Below, in pieces: positions 53,608 through 64,000 of a stretch of 64,000 nt of DNA. The position numbers were made by a program, and so were the translations under genes. The first letter of the stretch is position 1. Every line of letters begins with the position of its first letter. Source of the DNA: Eledone cirrhosa (lineage: Eukaryota); contig OZ024747.1 in the NCBI GenBank assembly GCA_964016885.1, positions 17,918,001-17,982,000 on the forward strand, in the 5' to 3' direction. The notes under the pieces are model-generated. The model saw only the letters and a list, made by a program, of their open reading frames with translations, ran no database searches and was not told the origin of the DNA.

Positions 53608-56073
53608 ATATATAAAAGTTTTTTCTTATTGTTCAGCTTCTTTGCAAGGGAGAGAAGTTTTGCTGGAAATGTATTCTTTCATTAATTAAATAAGTAGTGT
53701 CATATTATTTATTATTTTCGCTAAATATCTGTTTTAATTTGGTTTAATTATACTTCAGTTGTAATACTAATTCAAGACTGCTGCAACAATATATTTCAAT
53801 TTTGAAATGAGGTAACATGAAAGAGATGAGGTTAAATTAATGAAATGATGATGAATGCTGTGGAATGGAATAGAATGATTTTTCTGTAGTACGATGATAA
53901 ATCCACAGAGCATATTTTCAATCCTTAATGAAATTCGATAAAATAAAGTACCAGTAATGTACTGGGTATGTGCTGGCCTTGTGCCAAAAAGTAGAAACAA
54001 TTATTTCAAAGCATGCTGGGAAAAATCATTATCAGAGAAAATAAATCTACTTCACTCCGCCACTCATAATTTTTTACCTCTATTTACAAATCAAATGTCT
54101 TTTCAATGGTTAAACAGTCAGTCATTATATTTGCAAAAGACACATATTTTCTTTTAAAAATACAAAAAATAATATCGGCCAATATATTTTAAGGATCACT
54201 TAAATGAACCTTATTACCATCATCATCATCGATAATTATTTTGTTCTGATCAACCCCACCACAACACCCCATCCCCACAACACCATGGAGGAAAGGCAAA
54301 ATTGATGAATTTTTGAACACAGTAGAGATAGAGTGAAAAGAGGAGCAGATTCAATGCTCCTCAAAGAATAGATAATTGACAAGCTGGTGCAAGAGCGTGC
54401 AAACATCAAAACACACAAAAATAATAATAATAATTGTTTCTACTTTTTGGCACAAGGCCAGCAATTACCCAGTGCATTACTGGTACTTTATTTTATCGAC
54501 CCCGTAAGGATGAAAGGCAAAGTTAACCTCGGCGGGATTTGAACTCAGATCATACAGGGAGGTAACTCTATACTTCAAAGCATGGAGTCCGACCCTCTAC
54601 CGATACTGCCAATCTACCACATAATAATAATGGTTTCTGATTTAGGTACAAGGCCAACAATTGGGAGTGGGGGAGACAGTTGATTACATTGACCCCAGTA
54701 CGTTACTGGTGTTTTATTTTATCGATTTCGGCAGGATTTGAAATCAGAACGTAAAGGGCCATAATTCTATGTTGCAAAGCATGTTGTCAGACGTTCTACC
54801 GATAACAATAATAATGATGATTTTGTTTATTTGTAAAAAATGGCACCAAATGAATAGGACATTACAAAGACAGCTGACATAGCAAAACGAATTGTGCACA
54901 AATTTAATTGTTGGTCTGTTTTAAAAGGAGATGAACATATATTATGAATTGTACACAAGAAAACTATAACGCAACTTTAGGTTACTTGATCTGACTAGTA
55001 AATCATCATCATCATCATCTCTCTCTCTGTCTTTGTAGCGAGAGAGGAGAGATGAAAAAAACACTTTATATAAACAATCTGTCAGTCCTTCTTCAGGTAT
55101 CCATTTTGAAATATAGATAACATGATTAATTAGAGTAGACCAAGAAAACTGTTTCTAATGGTCTTTCCATTGCTGATGCTATCGAATTATATATAGAAGG
55201 ATGAGGCCACTCCTACTGTATTATCTGAAAAAGCCTAAATCACCTAGGGCTGTGTGAGTTATTACTCTTGATTCCTTTCATGCCTAAACACACCTAAAAA
55301 GTAGTCAGTTGATTTTTTCCCCCTTATTCAGTAAGACTATTTGTATGTATAAACTTCATGCAGAACACACCTCTTAGTCATTGTTGCTTCATACTTTGTT
55401 TCAGTTACTGTTTTGTCTTGTCTTTTACTCCACGGACAGTGCTTTGGCTTGTTTGTCAGATGCTGAGACCTCAGGTGGACCAGCAGTACTGTTGGTAGGG
55501 GTCGAAACTGCCAAAACCCCATCTCAACAGCCAAAGACCGTGGAGTTCTGTGTCTTTTGTTATCTTATTATTTTTTTTAAATGTTTTCCCCGCTTAAAAA
55601 ATTTTTTTTTTCATCATGTCTTGTTTTCATTCATTGTCATCTCTGTTAATTATCCATATATATATATATATATATTATAAACAAGAGACAGTTTTATGTA
55701 TACAATCTCTATTATATAATCCTGTTATGCACATTTCTAAGACATCAAAGTGGTTGCATAATAATCATTTGATGTGTTATCAGGCAGGCAGGCATATATA
55801 TATATATATGTGTGTGTGTGCGTGTGTGTTAGGTAATTCCGAACGAAAAGCAAAGGAAAAAAGAGTGCTCTATGTATAGAGCAGAGCTATTTAATTAGAA
55901 AGTGAACGACACAAAATATAACTACTCCATTACCAAAGGTTTCTGGATCCCAGAAAATAATATACGTCTGGATCGGTTGTCAGACAGAGATGTTATGGAT
56001 AAAAAATATGAAATGAGATTTAATATTTGTTAAAAATTGGAAGTGAGGCTATATATACATGTATGTATATATA

Positions 56074-56471
56074 CGAGGGCAATCCCAAAAGTAATGTCTC
56101 CTTCCGATATTGCAACTTTTCCGTTAAAATCCTGTGGATGGTTCTTCGGGAAACCTCAGGAACCAAAATGCAGAGAGCATCCAGAGTGATCCGCCAATCT
56201 TTACGCATGTTTTCCTCGGAAAGAGACCTTACTTTTGGGATTGCCCTTGTATATAATAACTACACGAAATTCGCACTTGGCGGTAGCATTCAACGGGAGC
56301 TCCATTCTCAACGGCTGCCAAGCCAAGATTGAGCATCCCAGCGAAGCGCACGCATGCTTGTTTGGGAGTGAAGGAAGCACCAATCACAACAGTGTTGCCA
56401 ACCAACAGCCGTACGAACAGTTTCTCTGCGTCCCCATCGCTTTGGAGACCTCACTTTTGGGATTACCCTCG
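56074..56471 (-). mobile_element. Internally deleted mariner element (MITE-like) with TA target sites
   Basis: TIRs cgagggcaatcccaaaagt...tctcc / ggaga...acttttgggattaccctcg flanked by TA; transposase remnants MELPLNATAKCEFRVVI and RKDWRITLDAL...SRRTIHRILTEKLQYRK. Confidence 0.85.
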
Positions 56472-56667
56472 TATATATATATATATTTTACTTTTATCTG
56501 AATGTGTGTATGTGTGTGAATATGTATGCACACATGTCTTTTTCTATATTGCTATATATTTTTATATATTTTTCTTACCCTTCTTTTCTTATGTATATTT
56601 CCCGTTATTTTTCCAGCCTCACTTCCAATTTTTAACAAATTTTAAATCTCATTTCATATTTTTTATC

Positions 56668-56751
56668 CATAACATCTCTGTCTGACGACCGATCCAGGCA
56701 TATATTATTATTGTCTGGGATCCAGAAACCTTTGGTAATGGAGTAGTTATG
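56668..56751 (+). ncRNA. Type I hammerhead ribozyme motif (Penelope pLTR/retrozyme-like)
   Basis: Stem I ctctgt/atggag (extended by cataac/gttatg), CTGACGA 56682-56688, stem II gatcc-aggca/tgtct-g-ggatc, GAAAC 56725-56729, short stem III, GTA triplet 56735-56737. Confidence 0.72.
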
Positions 56752-56769
56752 TTATTGTGTTGTTCACTT

Positions 56770-56806
<37 letters not shown>

Positions 56807-56807
<1 letters not shown>

Positions 56808-57450
56808 AGAGATATATGATCTTTAATGCGAAGAAATACCAATGATGGTTGGAAGATCACTGATGAAGGACTAATGTTATTCATATGTATCCCATTTGCA
56901 ACAACACAGCACGCCATTTTTCATATATATTTATATTTTTCCCTCCACTGTGACCTGTCCGTTTCTTTCTTACTGCTTCCCCTTTCTCTGTATCTCTCAC
57001 CTTTTTACCCCCTCTGCCAGTCACTCTCTCTCAGCTGGCCTCTTCCTCACACTTTCACTCACTCACTCTGCTACTCCCCCTCTCTCACTTCCTCCTGTTT
57101 GACCTGTGTGAAACCCTTTTCTCGCTCACATCTCACCCAGGTCAGATGGTCTGTATCTCTCCTCGTCTATGATTTCACCCAACTTAAGTTCACAGATATC
57201 ACGGACTTGTTTCTCCTTTTCCTCTCTTTCCATTGTTTACCATTTCTGTTTGTTTACATGTCTCGCTCGCTTCACCCTATTTTACGTGTCCCAATAACTT
57301 TTTTTAGTTATTGCTCGCACCAATCAGAGGTATATGATCTTTAATGCGAAGAAATACCAATGACGGTTGGAAGATCACTGATGAAGGACTAATTTTATTC
57401 ATATGTATCCCATTTGCAACAACGCAGCACGCCATTTTTCATATATATAT
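56807..57450 (+). repeat. About 125-bp direct repeats (518-bp period) around a pyrimidine-rich spacer
   Basis: 56807-56930 and 57325-57450 differ at only a few positions. Confidence 0.9.
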
Positions 57451-60400
57451 TAGAATATGTGTTTAAAATACTGTAGTATTTAAACAATAACTGAACGAAA
57501 ACTTAATATTGGTGGGTAGAGTATAGAAATTATTTTCTAAGAGGAAAAGTGACAGTAATTTCGAAGTTTTAGCTTAGTTTAGTTTATAGAACTTTGAAAA
57601 ATGAATCAATGCACAATATTGAAACACACAAAGAAAAAGTGAAGTGTTTATGCCATGCTCAAAAATGAGTTGCAGATGAAAATAATCAGGAAAAAAATGT
57701 ACAGAAATACACACAATGAAAGAGTGAGTAACAGTGAGAGAGGGAGAGAAAGAGTGAAAGAGAAAGAGTAGCAAAGAAAGTGTGATAAATGGAGAGATAG
57801 AGAGATGAAGTAAAATGAGAAAACGTGAGCAGACAATAGATAAGAGAGTCTTTATGAAATAGTTGCTGAAATTTGGATTATTTTTGTACATTTTTACCAA
57901 CCATTTTCTTTCTTTGTCTCTGTAGCTTCATGTTTTTCAACAGCTTTTTTACTTTTAATATCTGAAAAATGGAGCAAGGTTGTTTTTTTTTTCTCTCTTT
58001 TCTCAAAGCTTGAAATAAATAAAAAGAAATTTTGTTTTTTTGTTTTCTTTTTATATATTCAAAACTCAATATAAGATATTGAATGTCAATAGCCTGTCAG
58101 TACGATATTTGGATGTAGTATTAGGACTAAGATGTAACAAGGTTAATAAAAACTTTAGAAATTAATATTTCTGCATTTGAAAGGGTTGAGAGAAAAAACA
58201 CCCAAAAATAACACTAGAAAGGTATAATACAAGGGATATATAGGGATATCTTTAATTAATAGTTATCCCTATATACAAGTAACAGAACAGGGATAACTAT
58301 TAATTAAAATGGTGAATAATTTATTAGTGGTTAGAAATTGTTTTTGAAATTAAAGTTAACAATGTTATAGGTTAGAATCTCAATTTCCAAATATATAAAT
58401 GAGTTAGCATTCTTGCTTCGAAGATTTACAAAAAGAATACTATGGTAATCATCATCATTTTCATCACCATTTATACGTCCAATTTTCCATCCTGTCATGG
58501 GATGGACAAAACTTTCATTAGTATGAGTCGTCGGTTACAGCCGGTTTGAACGTAAAGAGGTGAGAGAATTCTGGCCAGATATGGCCAGTTTAAATGCTAA
58601 AGGGTTAAAGAACAATTAGAAATAAGGCCTACATCTGGTCTGCATTTATTACTAGCTTTGGATACCTATATCTCACATCTGGACTATGCCTATTACCAAC
58701 TTTACACAGTCCTGTATGTATGTATAATACACAAACTCACAAATAATTTTAAATAATCCAAAAATCATATGAACAATATATATTATCTGGTTAGATATGT
58801 ATCATGGAGTCAGAGTACGAAATGTAAAGGTGGAAGCGAGTTAACAATGGTATGGGATGAGTGAGTTGAACTACTAGAGAGTGTTAGAGTCAACTATATA
58901 AGGATGGAAACAACAGGAATGAGGAAACTTGCTTACATGGAAAAGCAAACATTTATAAAGGCTTTGATGATGATGATAATGGCAATGATCAAGATGCTGA
59001 TGAGGATTATGGTGGTGATGGTGATCACCTCATTTCAACTATATTATTATATATTATTAACTGTTCAAAATAACAATTACTTGAACAATAGTCTTTCACT
59101 TCTTTGGCCATGCTGCGGCATGGACTCCAAGAGTATTGTTGATTATGTCAACTCTAGAACTTTAAATGTTCCTTATTTTGTCACCTTCAGAAAAGTAGCA
59201 TCAAAGTTGACTTGAATAGGATTTGAATGAAAAAGGACATAACCAAGCCTGCCATTACTTATATTCTTCATACAAGAAAAACAACTGCAAATACTTTTGT
59301 AGTTTGTCAACCATATAGACCTCAGCTCATTCAATTCTGAATTTCCCAGATCCCCCTAACTCCTTCAAAACCCTATGCTTGATATTTATTTCCCAAAATC
59401 CCACCATTTAAATTTCATTCCAGCACACACACACATTATGTTGTCACAGTTCAAGCTGAACAGTTAACAGCACAAACATTACCCAGTCACACCAAACTCT
59501 ATTCAGTCAAAGTTAATATTTCTTTTAAGCATAAGTATCCACAAAGCTTGTTTTGATCTCCAGTTTATTCTAAACTGTCAAAGACAAAATAGCTATAGAC
59601 ATTTCCTCTTTTCAGGCAGCCCATATTGCCAACTGGCAAAGCTTCCACCTTCTCGTTTGAACTAGCAAATTACATATTACCCAATACACCAGTCTATTCT
59701 TGTCTCATCAGTCCTATTTATCTCATTCAACCAAATACCATCTTTTTTGTGATTCATTGAAACTCTTCCCAACCCTCATTTTCCCCACAGTCATCAACAG
59801 CATTTTATCTTATTTTTTACTGTTTCAAAGCCTTTGAGACTGGTGAGAAGGGAGAAGGTATGTATCTTCATACTCAACACCTTTTAACAGAGCAGACTCT
59901 GATAATAGACCCCTAAAGAATAAGTGGTGGTGTTAAATTGGGTAATAGATTAAGTAGGCCACCATGAGAATTCTACTCAGAACTTTAAAAACTGGAAAAC
60001 TACCATAAGGCATCTTTACCGATGCTCTAACAATTCGTCTGATCTACTATAATTTCAACAGTCTAGAAGAGCTCACAAAAGATCATAGACTCCACTCTTT
60101 CCCTTAACTAAATAAACAAAAATGAACATAAAACTCATTTTATTTATCCTGGTAGATTTCAACAAAATCTTAATACCAAAACTTTCAGGCAGCCTTTCAA
60201 ACAATTTCATTTATCACAAGCCAATGAAAGAGCCTCTACTAGGTTGTTTAACTTTCTAAAAATAGCAGCTAAATCTCCCTGAAATTATACCCTATTATCT
60301 AAAAAGACATCATAGATATAATAGTTCAATATACACACTATGTCTGGAATAAAGACAAGATAGTTATGACTGAAATGCCAGTCATAGTTCTGTTGGCTCA

Positions 60401-62360
60401 TGTCTAAACAACAACAGTCATTCACTCTTCTGTTGCATCTCTACATTATACCACTGACTCATAACAATTCTTCAGTCATTTTATATACAGAATAACAAAC
60501 TTCTCCTACAAAACATATAGGACTAGTTCTAAAACAGAGCTCCAAATATACCAAAACCAAACAGTGAGATTTTATTTTGTTTTGACAATAAGCAATCCTT
60601 CATCTTATATTCCACAAGCCAAGATTTCACCCATTTTCTAAATTCAATACAATGCAAAACATTTTTTTAGTTGAAAAGATGGAAAATTGTTATATTGTTA
60701 GTATCAAAGCACCAAGCAAGCTTTAAAAACAAATAGATGAATATATTTAAGGAAAATATACAAGGTATTTCAAAATTAATGTATACATATTTTCTATCTA
60801 AATATTTTAAATTATGTGTGTATAGCTTATATATAAGTCATACTGATAGATAAGCCACATTTCGATTTCAGATAGAACATTTGTAATGTATTATATTGTT
60901 TAAATTGGGGTGTTGTGGGTCAAAAAGCATTATTTTAGGGAAAGGGGCAACTTTTACACTAATTTATACAGTATATATATATTTGAAACACCTTGTATAT
61001 CACAAAACATATAGGACCAGATTTTACAGGACCAAATTTATCAGTAATCAAAATAACAGAAAAAAAATTCTGAAAAATAACAATATATAAATTTGTTAAA
61101 TACAAATGAAATTGAGTTATTTTTTTATTGTATACAATAGATATATACCTAAATTTATTTTTAAAAAGTGCGCTGTGAATAGAAAAATTTGGAAAGCTCT
61201 GCTTTAATATGCAATCTGCATGACAAGATGCATACAACAATGAAATTTTCATATGAAAGATAATTTCCCCCAGTTGCAACTAGAAGCTAATAAAATACTC
61301 ATTAATTCTACGTTAAAGCCTATCTAAAGCCCAGAAGATCATCAGGCCAGTGTTTATCTCACTTTCATTAATGCTAAGTGATTGAGAAATACAAGACACA
61401 CCTCTGGACAGGATGCCAGTCCATCGCAAGGTTAACTAACCCCAAGCTACTGTTGTTACTCATTTGCAACTGAGCATGCTGGAACAACATGAACTGAAAT
61501 ATTTTGCTCAAGAACACGACAAAGTCCAGAAATTGAATCCAGGATAACCTAAGTCCAACACCCTAACCACTAGACAACTAATATTCTTTTATATATATAA
61601 AAGCAATGAATTATGTAGTGTTTCCTCCATTAGCTCGTAATATGAATTCAAGCTATTCTTGTAAAACAACAAAACAACCATCAGTTGTAGATAAGTCCAT
61701 CTTGTTGCTAGTGTCAGCAAACAGTACAAGTATTGAACCAAGTAATCCATTTAGACAGTGAAAATAAATCTAACATGATTAATATAACCAACATATATAA
61801 ACAAAACGTTATAGCTTAGTACATGAGAAAATTACAAGCCCATACATGCTTCTGGATGATGATACATACATATATATATACATATATACATATATACATA
61901 CATATATACATACATATATACATATATACATACATATATACATATATACATACATACATATATATATACATATATACATACATACATATATACATACATA
62001 TATACATACATACATACATATATACATACATATATATATGGTGGCTGCCAACTCGTTTTCGAGTACGGCCACTACTTTATATCCATGTAGGAGAACCCCT
62101 ACCGAAGAGCTGAACGAGTGTGCCTTTTTAGTCCAGCCAGCGACTTGAGAACTCTGGTACAAACACTACACTTGTGACAATTATTGACACATAGTGCTGG
62201 GCCCATGGTACCATGTGAGGACAAGTGCAGAGAGATCTCCAGATATAAAGCAATGCCTGTGCCGTGAAGCTTTTATAGTGAGCAAAAGCACTGCACAAAG
62301 CCAGTCCCACTCTCTTAACCAAGATGATATTTACCAAAAAGAAGAACAAGTCAACATCAT

Positions 62361-62560
62361 NNNNNNNNNNNNNNNNNNNNNNNNNNNNNNNNNNNNNNNN
62401 NNNNNNNNNNNNNNNNNNNNNNNNNNNNNNNNNNNNNNNNNNNNNNNNNNNNNNNNNNNNNNNNNNNNNNNNNNNNNNNNNNNNNNNNNNNNNNNNNNNN
62501 NNNNNNNNNNNNNNNNNNNNNNNNNNNNNNNNNNNNNNNNNNNNNNNNNNNNNNNNNNNN
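62361..62560. other. Assembly gap (200 N)
   Basis: Run of n. Confidence 1.

Positions 62561-64000
<1,440 letters not shown>

Noticed and set aside
55337-55680. GC-richer ORFs on both strands near 55400-55550
   Set aside because: No recognisable domain and no phase-consistent link to GOLGA1.
59831-59857. 27-nt AG/GT-bounded + strand microexon candidate (FETGEKGE)
   Set aside because: No partner exons found; compatible with chance.

Overview
AT-rich, microsatellite-dense eukaryotic DNA. The SINE/LINE content looks like an octopod cephalopod (inference, not verified). Three spliced genes were reconstructed by hand with GT-AG boundaries and consistent phases: (1) the last four exons of a GH18 chitinase(-like) gene on + (1228-8830), ending without a chitin-binding domain; (2) a three-coding-exon, 139-aa GPI-type Ly6/three-finger (quiver/U-scoloptoxin-like) gene on - (22144-11530); (3) 17 exons of a GRIP-domain golgin, GOLGA1/golgin-97, on - (52385-39326), N-terminus not securely located. 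Mobile DNA includes a near-intact CR1-clade LINE, RTE-clade LINE copies, R4/Dong-type fragments, two tRNA-derived SINE families, and mariner, pogo and piggyBac-type MITEs. The most unusual signal is a set of short non-coding elements carrying type I hammerhead ribozyme motifs (Penelope pseudo-LTR/retrozyme-like). They mostly occur as head-to-head inverted pairs, three of them in mapped introns, and usually abut (TA)n. The CR1 ORF1/ORF2 junction also carries an in-frame G_GGA_AAC -1 slippery site. All RNA structures were read by eye and need computational and experimental confirmation. There is a 200-N gap at 62361-62560.
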